This document shows positions 18,044 through 28,015 of a DNA stretch of 64,000 bases, in pieces; within the stretch, counting starts at the first letter, position 1; each line of letters opens with the position of its first letter. The notes beneath the pieces were generated by a model. The model searched no databases. It was not told the DNA's origin and saw only the letters and a program-made list of their open reading frames with translations. The stretch is from Parcubacteria group bacterium (lineage in GTDB: Bacteria; Patescibacteriota; Patescibacteriia; UBA2169), in contig JACOYR010000004.1 in NCBI GenBank assembly GCA_016181765.1, positions 35,320 through 99,319 on the forward strand, written 5' to 3'. A program made the position numbers and the translations under genes.

Positions 18044-18493
18044 TTAGACTCTGCGCGGCTTTTTGGCGCGCGGGCCGTTGTGCGGCACCGGCGTCTTGTC
18101 TTTAATTGATTGGATGGCTAATCCCAAGCCCGAAAGCGCGCGGATTGCTGCGTCCCGCCCCATGCCCACGCCCTTCACCACCACGTCAACCTGGGATAAT
18201 CCGGATTGTTTCACGAAATCAGCGAGCCCGCGCACCACCACTCCGGCTGCGTACGGGGTAGATTTCTTTGGCCCCTTGAATCCCGCTTTGCCCGAGGAAG
18301 CCCAGGCAACCACGTTGCCGGTTCCGTCCGCAATGGAAACCATAGTGTTGTTGTAGGTAGCATTCACGTAGGCAACCCCTTTTTTGAGGGAAACCTTGGA
18401 CTTCTTCTTGCGCTTGGGAGCGGCCTTTGCTTTGGAACCGGACTTCTTCGGCGTCGGCGCAGGAGTAACTGGATTTTGTGCTTCTTCGGTCAT
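18044..18493 (-). CDS. rpsK: 30S ribosomal protein S11
   Basis: NNT, GFKGPKKSTPYAA, PHNG. Confidence 0.97.
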   Translation of the reverse strand: MTEEAQNPVTPAPTPKKSGSKAKAAPKRKKKSKVSLKKGVAYVNATYNNTMVSIADGTGNVVAWASSGKAGFKGPKKSTPYAAGVVVRGLADFVKQSGLSQVDVVVKGVGMGRDAAIRALSGLGLAIQSIKDKTPVPHNGPRAKKPRRV

Positions 18494-18500
18494 AGGGGGT

Positions 18501-18896
18501 TTAGGTCTTCTGGGCTGTCGGCTTCTTGCCGCTGGTTGCAGTCTTGCGCACGTTTCCGCGCACGGTCCGGGAGTTGGTCTTGGTGCGCTGGCCGCGCACG
18601 GGCAAGTGCCGGCTGTGGCGCAAACCGCGCCAGGTTCCGATCTCTTTCAAACGCTTGATGTTCCCATGCACCAGCCGCACCAAATCTCCCTCTAGCACAA
18701 TCTTGTTGCCGTCAATCACGGTGCGGATGCGGTTCACCTCTTCCTCGGTCAAATCCTTGCACCGCTTGGATTCGCCAATGTTGGCGCTCGCAAGCACTTT
18801 CCCGCTCGTTCTGCGGCCAATGCCCTTGAGGTAGGAGAGGGCGACCACAATCCGTTTGTTGTCCGGGAGCGTTACTCCCGCAATGCGTACTGCCAT
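18501..18896 (-). CDS. rpsM: 30S ribosomal protein S13
   Basis: [19 protein letters not shown]. Confidence 0.97.
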   Translation of the reverse strand: MAVRIAGVTLPDNKRIVVALSYLKGIGRRTSGKVLASANIGESKRCKDLTEEEVNRIRTVIDGNKIVLEGDLVRLVHGNIKRLKEIGTWRGLRHSRHLPVRGQRTKTNSRTVRGNVRKTATSGKKPTAQKT

Positions 18897-18924
18897 TCTT
18901 CGTCTAAAACTTACATAATTATTC

Positions 18925-19038
18925 TTAACCCTGCCGCTGCTTATGCTTCGGGTTCTTGCAAATCACGACCAGGCGCCCCTTGCGGCGCACCACCTTGCAG
19001 TCTCTGCAGATCTTTTTTACCGAAGCGCGAACTTTCAT
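18925..19038 (-). CDS. rpmJ: 50S ribosomal protein L36
   Basis: Hand translation [37 protein letters not shown]; too short for the ORF track. Confidence 0.96.
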   Translation of the reverse strand: MKVRASVKKICRDCKVVRRKGRLVVICKNPKHKQRQG

Positions 19039-19044
19039 ACTGTT

Positions 19045-19299
19045 TTAATACCGATAGGTAATCCTGCCTTTGCCCGTGTCATAGGGGCTCATCTCCACCT
19101 TGACCTTGTCAAACGGGAGCAGGCGAATTTTAAACATCCGCATCTTGCCCGAGAGATGGGCAAGGATTTCGTGCCCGTTCTCCAGCTCCACCTTAAAGGT
19201 CGCGTTGGGAAGCAATTCCAGAACCTGGCCGTCTACCTCAATAAATCCCTTGCGGTTTACATTAAATCCCTGGGGCTCGGCCGTATTTTTTTGATCCAT
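19045..19299 (-). CDS. infA: translation initiation factor IF-1
   Basis: [33 protein letters not shown]. Confidence 0.97.
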   Translation of the reverse strand: MDQKNTAEPQGFNVNRKGFIEVDGQVLELLPNATFKVELENGHEILAHLSGKMRMFKIRLLPFDKVKVEMSPYDTGKGRITYRY

Positions 19300-19403
19300 G
19301 AAAAATCAAGTAAAAAGAAACCATTCAAGAGCTTTCGCTCTTAAGATAAGCCTATCAGTAAGCTCACTTTTTGCTTGGTATATAGGCGTTTATAGGTATG
19401 GTT

Positions 19404-19432
19404 ATACTAATAGAGTCTTTGAATAGTGTCAA
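19404..19432 (-). promoter_or_regulatory. sigma70 promoter of the infA-rpoA operon
   Basis: TTGACA-17 nt-TAGTAT. Confidence 0.8.
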
Positions 19433-19469
19433 GGGCTCCCTTGTGGGAAGCCAAAATGCCCGGTTTTGG

Positions 19470-20357
19470 CTAGGCCACCAGGAGCACGCCCGCGAACATC
19501 AGGGCAATGGCCGCGAATTTCTGTACGAGCACCCTGCGGCCTGCCTCCTCATGCAGGATGCGCGGGAACCAGGCGCTTAGAATCACGGCATAGAGCAGGA
19601 CAAAAAACGGCTGGGTTGATGCGAGCGCATTCACCAGGGTGATGTACCCGCCCAAGGCCGCAAACATAAAAATAAAGCTCGCGGCAAAATCCATGGACTC
19701 TATGCACCCGAGGATGATGAATACTTTTTTCCCGTGTTCTTTTGCGGTAGCGCGGATATCCGGGTAAGCTCTGATGAGCAGGGGGATAAGGACAATAGTT
19801 TGCCCCGCGTACATATAAAAAAGAGCCGTCCAGTACCCTGCCGCATCCAACAAGTATTTAGTGGCAATATTGCCAATGGCAACCAACACCGCGCAGAGCG
19901 CCATAAGCCAGAAAGCCTTATTCGGGGTCATGCGCCTGCCCGCGGCTTTTGGGGAAAGCAGCAGTGCGCCGAGCACAATGGCCGCGATTCCGAGGTATGT
20001 TTTTCCGGTAAAAAGTTCATTGAGAAAAATACCGGCAAGCAGTGCCGTAAAGAGCGGCACCACGTGGAGCAAGGGCGCAATGCGGGATATTTCCTCTGCT
20101 GTAATGGCATTAAAATAAAAAATTCCTGCAATCATATACAGGGCGCCGCCGGCCATGCCCAAAAGCCCGAGGTTCCGGGGAACCTCTTCAACGGTCCCCG
20201 AAAGCAACAGGACAAGAGCCGTGGTTCCGGCAAAAACCAAGGAGAGCGAAAACATCACCAGCGGATTTTTTACGTACCTGCTGACGACGTGCTTGTCCAG
20301 CACATTCACCCCGGCCCACAGCGCGGCGGATAGAATTGCAAAAAACTGCCAAGCCAT
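19470..20357 (-). CDS. EamA/DMT family transporter
   Basis: Ten TM segments in two repeats; 295 aa. Confidence 0.85.
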   Translation of the reverse strand: MAWQFFAILSAALWAGVNVLDKHVVSRYVKNPLVMFSLSLVFAGTTALVLLLSGTVEEVPRNLGLLGMAGGALYMIAGIFYFNAITAEEISRIAPLLHVVPLFTALLAGIFLNELFTGKTYLGIAAIVLGALLLSPKAAGRRMTPNKAFWLMALCAVLVAIGNIATKYLLDAAGYWTALFYMYAGQTIVLIPLLIRAYPDIRATAKEHGKKVFIILGCIESMDFAASFIFMFAALGGYITLVNALASTQPFFVLLYAVILSAWFPRILHEEAGRRVLVQKFAAIALMFAGVLLVA

Positions 20358-20406
20358 TTAATTTAATTTGAAGTGAATGTATTTTCCAAATTTTACGTCT
20401 TGCATG

Positions 20407-21060
20407 CTATTTCTTGTTACGCATATCCATAAGATACATGTCCTTTTGGGTGCGGTATACCAGGACGAATGAATATGCAAAGAGGAGCGCGGCAAGGTAG
20501 GGCAAGGCTTTTTCAAACCACGGAACGCCAAGGTATATGATGCCCGCATTCAAAAGGATGATGGCAAGCCGGTACTCTGTGGGCCCGAACCCCAGGGACC
20601 CGATTTTGAACGCGTTGTACGCTGAAAACGAGAGAAAGGTGCTTACCGGGATGATGGTGCACGCGATGAAGAAGATGAAAAGCGCAAGCAGCGCGGATGC
20701 ATCAACCAAGAGCGCATACCCGATGAATACGCTAGCCGCGAACACAAAGTCCAATAGGTGGTCCGTGTAAAATCCCCAGCGCGCAAAACCGGAATTCCGG
20801 TAGCGACCAACAGCGCCATCCAGAGAGTCAGTGAGCCAGTGCAGTACCATGATGCCGGACGCGGCCCAGAGCCACCGGATGTCTGCCGCGGCCCAGTAAG
20901 AAAACCAGATAATGCCAGCGCTCCATGCAAGCGAAGCAAGGGTCAAATTCACGCCGTTCAAAAACCGCGGCGCTCGCGGCGCCATTGCGCCTACCAGCTT
21001 GTGCTCCCACGCGCTCAAGATGGAGGTGTTGATTTTCTTGTTTCCGTCAAACAGTTCCAT
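20407..21060 (-). CDS. CDP-alcohol phosphatidyltransferase family protein
   Basis: DSLDGAVGR-x8-WGFYTDHLLD signature; GPTE motif. Confidence 0.85.
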   Translation of the reverse strand: MELFDGNKKINTSILSAWEHKLVGAMAPRAPRFLNGVNLTLASLAWSAGIIWFSYWAAADIRWLWAASGIMVLHWLTDSLDGAVGRYRNSGFARWGFYTDHLLDFVFAASVFIGYALLVDASALLALFIFFIACTIIPVSTFLSFSAYNAFKIGSLGFGPTEYRLAIILLNAGIIYLGVPWFEKALPYLAALLFAYSFVLVYRTQKDMYLMDMRNKK

Positions 21061-21063
21061 AGT

Positions 21064-21102
21064 ACCACCCCCTTGCCCCCTCCTCATTAGAGGAGGGGGG
21101 AA
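21064..21102. repeat. family B hairpin at the murC 3' end
   Basis: ACCACCCCCTTGCCCCCTCCTCATTAGAGGAGGGGGGAA; contains the murC stop codon. Confidence 0.75.
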
Positions 21103-22493
21103 TGTTTGGTTAAGTTCCGCGCAACTCGGTCCACGTCACCCGCGCCCATGATAATGACCACGTCATTGGGTTTGATTTTTTCTTTGAGCTGCTTTTCAGC
21201 ATCTTTGAGGTCAGGCGCGTACGTGACTTTAACGTCTCGCGACTTTTTTATGGCTTCAACCAAATCCTTCGACGACACGTCCTGGTCGCGCGAATCCTCG
21301 CGGCCGGACACGTCGTAAATTTCGCTGATGATGACCTCGTCAGCCCTGCCGAATGAATCCGCAAATTCATTAAACAGTTTCTTGGTGCGGTTGCGGTGGT
21401 GCGGCTGGAACAGGGCCAGGATGCGGTGGAAGGGGTACCAGTCCCGGGCTGCTCTGAGCGTAGCGCGGATTCCGTCCGGATGATGGCCGTAATCAGAGAT
21501 GACTAAAGCCTTGCGGTACTCGCCCGCCAGCTCAAACCTGCGCCAGGTCCCTTTGAACTTGGAGAGCGCTTTCAAAATTTTTTTGCGCGGAACTCCGGCC
21601 GAATCCGCCGCAACCGCGGCCGCAACCGCATTGGCCAGGTTGTGCTCCCCGGGCACGTGCATTTTGGCGTACCCCCAATCCTCGCTGTTGTCGCAGATGT
21701 TGAAGCTCAAATTCCCCACCCAGCCGCGCTCCCCGGACGTCTGGGCAATGCCTGCGGCGCGCACCCCGGAATTCCCCTTGACCCCGAACGTGCGCTTCAT
21801 GCCCCTCGGGATTTCAAGCGCTCTGCTCGCTTCGTCATCCCTGTTTATAATCACTATGCCGCTCTTGGAAACTGAATCAACCCACGCCTGAAAATGTTTG
21901 ATTATGTCATTCGTGTCCTTGTAAAAATCAAGGTGGTCAGCGCTGATGTTGGTGATGACTGCAATCAGAGGCTTGTAGTTGAGCATCTTGGCCGCGTACT
22001 CATCCGCCTCAATCACGAGCCAATCGGACTTTCCGATGCGAATATTGGAATCCCACTGCGCGACCCGCGTGCCCACCACCGCCGTGGGGTCATAGCCCGC
22101 TTCTTCAAGCATCAAGCCGACCATGGCCGTGGTAGTTGATTTGCCGTTGGTGCCCGAAATTGCAATGACCTTTTTGCCGCGCGAGAATGCTCCCCAGAAT
22201 CCGGCTGCCGGCATTTGTTTGATGCCGCGTCCGGCCGCCTGCATGCGCAGGGCATCGGTTTTTGGAACCGCCTCTGAATAGATGAGCACATCAACGCCAT
22301 CCGGGAGTTCCACATTCGCGCCGCGGGCAGCAACGCGAGCGCCCATGCGGACAAGCTCGTCCGTGATATCGCTCCGGGCCGTGTCAAACCCGGATACGTG
22401 CACACGGTGGTGCAGCAGCAATTTGGCAATGGCAGACACGCTAATGCCGCCAATGCCCGCCAGGTATGCATGCTTGAACTGCTTGAGGTTCAT
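21087..22493 (-). CDS. murC: UDP-N-acetylmuramate-L-alanine ligase
   Basis: GIGGIS, GTNGKSTTT, EADE, DHLDFY, DYGHHP, FQPH. Confidence 0.95.
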   Translation of the reverse strand: MNLKQFKHAYLAGIGGISVSAIAKLLLHHRVHVSGFDTARSDITDELVRMGARVAARGANVELPDGVDVLIYSEAVPKTDALRMQAAGRGIKQMPAAGFWGAFSRGKKVIAISGTNGKSTTTAMVGLMLEEAGYDPTAVVGTRVAQWDSNIRIGKSDWLVIEADEYAAKMLNYKPLIAVITNISADHLDFYKDTNDIIKHFQAWVDSVSKSGIVIINRDDEASRALEIPRGMKRTFGVKGNSGVRAAGIAQTSGERGWVGNLSFNICDNSEDWGYAKMHVPGEHNLANAVAAAVAADSAGVPRKKILKALSKFKGTWRRFELAGEYRKALVISDYGHHPDGIRATLRAARDWYPFHRILALFQPHHRNRTKKLFNEFADSFGRADEVIISEIYDVSGREDSRDQDVSSKDLVEAIKKSRDVKVTYAPDLKDAEKQLKEKIKPNDVVIIMGAGDVDRVARNLTKHSPLL

Positions 22494-23563
22494 ATGACTG
22501 CCGGTGAGCCCCCGAGCGACGCAATGATGTTTACCATGCGCTCCCGGGCGCCCTCTTTTAAGAGCCCGGCTAGGGCGCGGCCGAGCGCCTCGCGCTTTTC
22601 GGGCGATTCCAAAAGTTCGCGCACGCGCCGCACCACGGTTTCGTCTAGTTGGTCCTGCCGGTACACCACTGCCGCGCGCTCGCGGAGGCAGTAAAAGGCA
22701 TTGTCTTCCTGGTGCGTGCCAGGCATAGGGATGATGATGGCCGCCTTTCTGAGGTGCCCCAGTTCGGTAATAGTTCCTATGCCCCCGCGGGTGATGGCCA
22801 GGTCAGCGGCTGCCAAGGCGTGCGGCATGAGCGGACCTAAAAACTCAACCTGGCGGTAGCGCTCGTGCGTTTGAGAGGGATCCATTTTGCCGCGGCCCGC
22901 AAGGTGGACCACATTAGCCGCGCGGGTGAGGCTTAAGAGGTGCTTCCACACCCACGCGTTCAGGGCTTCTGCCCCGCTTGAGCCGCCGGTAATGAGCACC
23001 ACCGGGAGCGTTGCATCAAAATGAAATTCAGAGGCCGCAGCCAGGGGGTTTGCTTCTTTAAGCGCGTCCCGGGCCGGATTGCCGATCCACTCTGCCTTGG
23101 CCTTGGGGAAATCTTCTAAAGACTTTTTGAAGCTCACCGTAATCTTGGACGCGAAAGGCGCGCACAGCTTGTTGGAGAGCGTGGGGCGGATGTCCTGCTG
23201 GTGGATGATGATCTTTTTCCGGAACAGCCACCCGGCCCAGATAACAGGCACGGAAACGAACGAGCCCGCGCCAATGATCACATCCGGCTTTTCAACCATC
23301 ACAATCAAGAGGCTCCGCAGGAACGCGAGCGCCAAAAAGAAAGGGTCAACCAGCACGCGCAGGGAAAAGTACCTGCGCAGCTTGATGGCAGGCACCCACT
23401 CGTACCCAATGGAAAGGGGCCCGATCAGGGACCGCTCAATGCCGCTCCTGGTGCCCACCCAAAACCAGTCCCAGCTTTTATGCTGCTTCTTCGCCTCCTC
23501 GTACATTGCGATGAGCGGGTTTACGGACCCGAGGGTCCCGCCGCCCGCGAGCAGGATTTTCAT
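22490..23563 (-). CDS. murG: MurG glycosyltransferase
   Basis: GGGTLGSVNP, HQQD, IGNP, GGSSGA, HQEDNA. Confidence 0.93.
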   Translation of the reverse strand: MKILLAGGGTLGSVNPLIAMYEEAKKQHKSWDWFWVGTRSGIERSLIGPLSIGYEWVPAIKLRRYFSLRVLVDPFFLALAFLRSLLIVMVEKPDVIIGAGSFVSVPVIWAGWLFRKKIIIHQQDIRPTLSNKLCAPFASKITVSFKKSLEDFPKAKAEWIGNPARDALKEANPLAAASEFHFDATLPVVLITGGSSGAEALNAWVWKHLLSLTRAANVVHLAGRGKMDPSQTHERYRQVEFLGPLMPHALAAADLAITRGGIGTITELGHLRKAAIIIPMPGTHQEDNAFYCLRERAAVVYRQDQLDETVVRRVRELLESPEKREALGRALAGLLKEGARERMVNIIASLGGSPAVI

Positions 23564-23564
23564 A

Positions 23565-23594
23565 ATGATGCCCTATGATGCCCTATGATGCCCT
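23565..23594. repeat. tandem repeat (ATGATGCCCT)x3
   Basis: Three exact 10-bp units spanning the ftsW stop and the ftsW-murG gap. Confidence 0.9.
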
Positions 23595-24710
23595 GTTCAT
23601 TTTGGAAATATTCAAAAGGATGCCGATCGCAACCAAGGTCACGACCAGCGAGCTTCCGCCGTAGGATACCAAGGGGAGCGTCAAACCAGTCAAGGGCAGT
23701 ACCCCGAGCATGGCGCCTATGTTGATGAACGCCTGCAGCGCAATCCACGTGCCCACTCCAAAAGCGGCCAGCTTGCCGAATCCGTCCCCCGCGCTCCGGG
23801 AAATGCGGATGCACTGCCAAAAAAAGAATAAAAACAGCGCCAGCACGAGCATGCTGCCCGCAAATCCGAGCTCTTCGGCAATGACCGCGAAAATGGAGTC
23901 CCCGGTCACCTCGGGCAGGTAGAGGTATTTTTGCAAGGACCGGGTGAGCCCGCGCCCGAATATCCCGCCCGAGCCCACGGCCAGGAGCGCCTGGGTGATG
24001 TGGTACCCCGCTCCCTGCGGGTCGGCCGAAGGGTCCAGAAACGCCGTAAACCGCGCAAGGCGGTACGGGGCGAGCGCGATCGCGGCTCCCAAGGCAACAG
24101 CTCCCGCGCCCAAGAGCCCGGCCAAGTGCTTGAGATCAGCGCCGCCCACAAAGTACATGCTTATGGCAATGGCGCAGATGATAATCAGGGTCCCCAAATC
24201 AGGCTGTTTGAGGATGAGGAACGCAATGGCGCCGAGCACGATGGTGAGCGGCAAGAGCCCGGTGTAAAAATCCCGTATGCCCGCCCGCCCGCGCTCCGAG
24301 AGCCAGGCCGCAAGGTACAAAATCAGGGTGAGTTTGGCCAGTTCGCTCGGCTGGAACCCGAACGGCCCGAGGTTGAGCCAGCGCTGCGCGCCCTGGCCCG
24401 CGATGCCGATTCCGGGCACCAACACGAGCACCAGGAGCGCCACGCTCGCAAGGAGAATGACAAACGACCAGCGCTGCCAGACCCGGTAGTCAATGCGGTA
24501 GGCAAGGTACGCCGCACCGAGCCCGAGCAGAAGGGCTATGAGCTGGCGCTTGATGAAGAAGTTGGGATCCCCGAACCGCTCAATGCCGACGGCAACGGAC
24601 GCGGAAAAAAGCATCAAGAGCCCGAACACCAGAATGGCCCCGCTCGCCGCAAAGAGCGGAATGTGGAGCGCGCTTCTCGGCGCTTGTTTGTGCGTGTACC
24701 GCGCGGTCAT
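23583..24710 (-). CDS. ftsW: SEDS protein FtsW
   Basis: GAQRWL, FQPSELAK, QPDLGT, LPEVTGDSIF, LPLVSYGGSS; sits in the dcw cluster. Confidence 0.93.
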   Translation of the reverse strand: MTARYTHKQAPRSALHIPLFAASGAILVFGLLMLFSASVAVGIERFGDPNFFIKRQLIALLLGLGAAYLAYRIDYRVWQRWSFVILLASVALLVLVLVPGIGIAGQGAQRWLNLGPFGFQPSELAKLTLILYLAAWLSERGRAGIRDFYTGLLPLTIVLGAIAFLILKQPDLGTLIIICAIAISMYFVGGADLKHLAGLLGAGAVALGAAIALAPYRLARFTAFLDPSADPQGAGYHITQALLAVGSGGIFGRGLTRSLQKYLYLPEVTGDSIFAVIAEELGFAGSMLVLALFLFFFWQCIRISRSAGDGFGKLAAFGVGTWIALQAFINIGAMLGVLPLTGLTLPLVSYGGSSLVVTLVAIGILLNISKMNRAS

Positions 24711-26023
24711 AGGCCGGACACTGCCTTGCTGAAATCATCCCCGCGCGCGAACTCGTGCGGCCACAGGTTAAAGCTCGCTGCCGCAGGAGAGAACAGGATA
24801 ATGTCGCCCTTTGAAGCGGCAGAGGCGGCAATGCGTACGAGCACCCCAAGGTCGTTGTGGCCCGCAGTAAGCTTTTTGAATCCGGCCAAAGCTTTCTTCT
24901 GTTTGGCGCTCGCATCCCCAACCAGCAGGTGCGCCTGGCTGCAGTATTTGATAACGGAGCGCGCCCACTCGGTGAACACGAGCTTTTTGTCGGCCCCGCC
25001 GGCGATGAGGATGATATTCTTGCGCCTCCCGCCGAAGCGTTCCAATGCCGCAATGCCCGCCTCGGGCGTGGTCGCGGTCGTGTCGTTGACGTACACAACG
25101 CCCTTCTTGACGGCAATAATCTCCTGCCTGCCCGAAAGCACGGGCGGATTTTTTAAAACACTCCTGATGTCCCGGGCAGAAACGCCGTACTGTTTTGCCG
25201 CGGCAATCGCGGCCACCGCGTTTTCCAGGTTGTGGCGCCCGGCAAGCGCCATGCCCTTCATCAACGCACGGTGCTCGCCCTTTGAAAAGAATACCGCGTT
25301 TGGCGCCGCTTCCTTATGCCACTGCGCGAGCAGGCTATCATCTTTGTTGAGGATCAATATATGCTCGGCGGCCTGGTGCCGGAAAATTTCTTTTTTGGAC
25401 GCGTAGTAGTGCGCCAGGCTCTGGTAGCGGTTCAAATGGTCCGGGTATAAATTGGTGACCACCGCAATGTCCGGCGCGCCGCGCACGATGTTGAGGCCCT
25501 CAAGCTGCCAGCTGGAGAGCTCCAAAACCGCGAGGTGATGAGGTGTCATGCGGTCCAGCACATCCAGCATGAACGAGGTTTTGATGTTGCCCGCGAGCAC
25601 GGTGCGGGGATTTTTCTTTTTGCACATTGCGGCAATCAGGCTCGCGGTGGTGGATTTGCCGCGCGTGCCGGTAACCGCAATAATCGGGGCCTCGCACCGG
25701 TCAAAAAACAAGCTCGCCTCGTTATACACGGGCTTATTGAGCCTTCGGCCGAGCTGCAGGTACCGAGACTCTTTGGGCACGCCCGGGTTGTACACCACAT
25801 AATCAGCCCATTTCACGTCTCGCTCGCGGTGCCTGCCCAGCACATACACAATACCCGTCTGCTTTGCCAGCGCTTTTATGGACGGCTCAAGCAGCTTCCG
25901 GTCGCGCAGATCGGAAATAACAAGCTTGGCGCCATGCTTATGTAGCCACCGTGCCGTTGCCGCGCCCCCGCCGTGCAAACCCAGGCCCAGGAGCAGGATC
26001 TTTTTTCCGGCAATCGGAATCAT
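24707..26023 (-). CDS. murD: MurD ligase
   Basis: GLGLHGGG, GTRGKSTT, ELSSWQL, PDHLNRY, SPAAASF, ARGDDF. Confidence 0.94.
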   Translation of the reverse strand: MIPIAGKKILLLGLGLHGGGAATARWLHKHGAKLVISDLRDRKLLEPSIKALAKQTGIVYVLGRHRERDVKWADYVVYNPGVPKESRYLQLGRRLNKPVYNEASLFFDRCEAPIIAVTGTRGKSTTASLIAAMCKKKNPRTVLAGNIKTSFMLDVLDRMTPHHLAVLELSSWQLEGLNIVRGAPDIAVVTNLYPDHLNRYQSLAHYYASKKEIFRHQAAEHILILNKDDSLLAQWHKEAAPNAVFFSKGEHRALMKGMALAGRHNLENAVAAIAAAKQYGVSARDIRSVLKNPPVLSGRQEIIAVKKGVVYVNDTTATTPEAGIAALERFGGRRKNIILIAGGADKKLVFTEWARSVIKYCSQAHLLVGDASAKQKKALAGFKKLTAGHNDLGVLVRIAASAASKGDIILFSPAAASFNLWPHEFARGDDFSKAVSGL

Positions 26024-27078
26024 ACCAGCGCCGCATCAATCAAAAACAGAATCACCCCGAGCACGGCCGTGACCGAGGCAATCACCCAGAACCGCATCAC
26101 GATTTTGGGCTCGCTCCAGCCGATTGCCTCAAAGTGGTGGTGGATCGGGGTTGATATGAAAATCTTCCTGCCAAACCCTTTCTTTGAAATTGTCTGGATG
26201 ATGACGCTGCCTGATTCTATGACAAACAATAAGCCCACCACCGGCAAAAACAGGGCCGTATTTGTGAGCATGGCAACAATGCCGAGCGTGACCCCAAGCC
26301 CCATGGCTCCGGTATCCCCCATAAAGAACCGGGCCGGGTTGATGTTGAACCATAAAAACGCAAGGAGGCTGCCCACAATCACCCCGCAGAACGTGGCAAG
26401 CTCAAAGCGGCCGGAAATGAAAGCCATGGCGCCGAACGCCCCGAACGCGGCCAAGAGCAAGCCTCCGGCCAGGCCGTCCAGGCCGTCTGATTCGTTCACC
26501 GAGAACGCGGTTGCCACGATGATGAATACAAAAATGGGCACGTACCACCACCCGATTGCAAACGTGCCGAAGAACGGGACGTGCAGCAAATCCCACTCAA
26601 GCTTGTAGAAAAACCACCACGAGCCCGCGAGCGCGATGAGCGTGTAGATGATGAGGCGGTGCCACACGTTCAAACCGCCTTTGAAGGCGCCTCGCGCGCG
26701 GATGTTGAACCAGTCATCAGCCAAACCAACCAAGGATGAAGCAACCAGGGCGCCGAGCGGCAGGAGCGTTTCCCCGCGGTCCAAAAAATTGAACCGTGCC
26801 GCGCTTGATTCAGGAAAAAATTTTTCAACGTAAAAAAACACCAGCGCGAGCAGGAGCACTGTAACCCACACCAGCACCCCTCCCATGGTCGGGGTCCCGG
26901 CTTTCTTTTGGTGCAGCCGGGCAAACACCGGCGCCTGGGAGCTCGCGCGTATTGCCTTGCCCAGCTTATACTTGTACAAAAAGTGCGTCAGCAAGGGCGT
27001 TAAGGCAAACGCGATCACGAACCCAAGCGTGGTGAGGATAAAAATTTTAATCACCGGAAACAAGGATGGAACGTCCAT
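26020..27078 (-). CDS. mraY: phospho-MurNAc-pentapeptide transferase
   Basis: KAGTPTMGG, DGLDGL, FMGDTG, PIHHHFE. Confidence 0.96.
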   Translation of the reverse strand: MDVPSLFPVIKIFILTTLGFVIAFALTPLLTHFLYKYKLGKAIRASSQAPVFARLHQKKAGTPTMGGVLVWVTVLLLALVFFYVEKFFPESSAARFNFLDRGETLLPLGALVASSLVGLADDWFNIRARGAFKGGLNVWHRLIIYTLIALAGSWWFFYKLEWDLLHVPFFGTFAIGWWYVPIFVFIIVATAFSVNESDGLDGLAGGLLLAAFGAFGAMAFISGRFELATFCGVIVGSLLAFLWFNINPARFFMGDTGAMGLGVTLGIVAMLTNTALFLPVVGLLFVIESGSVIIQTISKKGFGRKIFISTPIHHHFEAIGWSEPKIVMRFWVIASVTAVLGVILFLIDAALV

Positions 27079-27079
27079 G

Positions 27080-27388
27080 TTACGAAAGCCCTTTGAGTAC
27101 GGCTAATACCAATGAGACGAGTAGAATCATCTCCATCAAAAACGTCAGGCCCCCGAGCACGGCCTGCCACAGTTTGTTTCCGAAAAACGCGGACCGCGCC
27201 ACCAGCATGTTCACTGCGAGGATGACCGTGCCGAGCGTGGGAAACAAAAATAAATCGTATTTGGGGCCGAACCGGTCCAAGCCGAAGTAAATGGTGTAGT
27301 GCAGAGGCACAAAATCCTCGGATACCGAGAACCGCCACCCGGCAATGAACCACAGGATTCCGAGCTCCTTGATTTTAGACAATTGCAT
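27080..27388 (-). CDS. small membrane protein (DUF1648-like)
   Basis: VPLHYTIYFGLDRFG followed by two TM segments. Confidence 0.65.
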   Translation of the reverse strand: MQLSKIKELGILWFIAGWRFSVSEDFVPLHYTIYFGLDRFGPKYDLFLFPTLGTVILAVNMLVARSAFFGNKLWQAVLGGLTFLMEMILLVSLVLAVLKGLS

Positions 27389-27415
27389 GCCCTCATCATA
27401 CAACATTTTTGCCGG

Positions 27416-27865
27416 TTAGTCCACACCCATGCACTTGGCGCACCTGCACCCCTTGGGCTTGATGCGGTCATCAAAGTACTCCTTGCCGTAGTCGTACGTG
27501 AGCTCTTCCCCGGGCTTGATGTTCCGCCGGGCATAGACCTTGATGCGCTTTCCGTAGATGTCGGTCTCGCAGTTGGGGCGGCAGGAGTGGTTGATGTACC
27601 GCGCCGCGTTGCGGCGCGAAGAGCCGTCCACGGCCCAGTTGCGGTTTATCTGGAACAGGTACTTGGTATTGCGCTCCTGGGCTTTGGCGTCCGGAAGCAC
27701 TTGGCCCCGGTACTCAATCACAAACTGCCCGCGCCTGATTGCCTCTCGGGCAAACAAGCCCAAGCCCGCCGTGGCGCGGCGCACGGATACTGGCGCGGGC
27801 TTCTGCTTTGGCCTGCCTGCCCGCCGTATCGGCGGGCCGATTTTTTTGGGGGTTGATGAAGCCAT
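27416..27865 (-). CDS. SET-domain protein lysine methyltransferase
   Basis: GLGLFA, ARYINHSCRPN, GEELTYDY, post-SET CRCAKC. Confidence 0.93.
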   Translation of the reverse strand: MASSTPKKIGPPIRRAGRPKQKPAPVSVRRATAGLGLFAREAIRRGQFVIEYRGQVLPDAKAQERNTKYLFQINRNWAVDGSSRRNAARYINHSCRPNCETDIYGKRIKVYARRNIKPGEELTYDYGKEYFDDRIKPKGCRCAKCMGVD

Positions 27866-27870
27866 AAACT

Positions 27871-27902
27871 GCTATGATAGCGCATCATAGCGGTTGATGC
27901 AA
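27871..27902 (-). promoter_or_regulatory. promoter with overlapping palindrome
   Basis: TTGCAT-17 nt-TATCAT; GCTATGAT-5-ATCATAGC inverted repeat covers the -10. Confidence 0.55.
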
Positions 27903-28015
27903 GCAACCTAATACAATTACTTTGGGGAATGGCTGGTAATTCCGAAACAACGTTATTCCTTCCACTTAATGGAACACCCCATGGAGGGGGGTTTTGATTT
28001 GCACGAGCCTGAATT

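Noticed and set aside
23931-25406. 491-aa plus-strand ORF
   Set aside because: Antisense shadow of ftsW/murD with no recognisable motifs.
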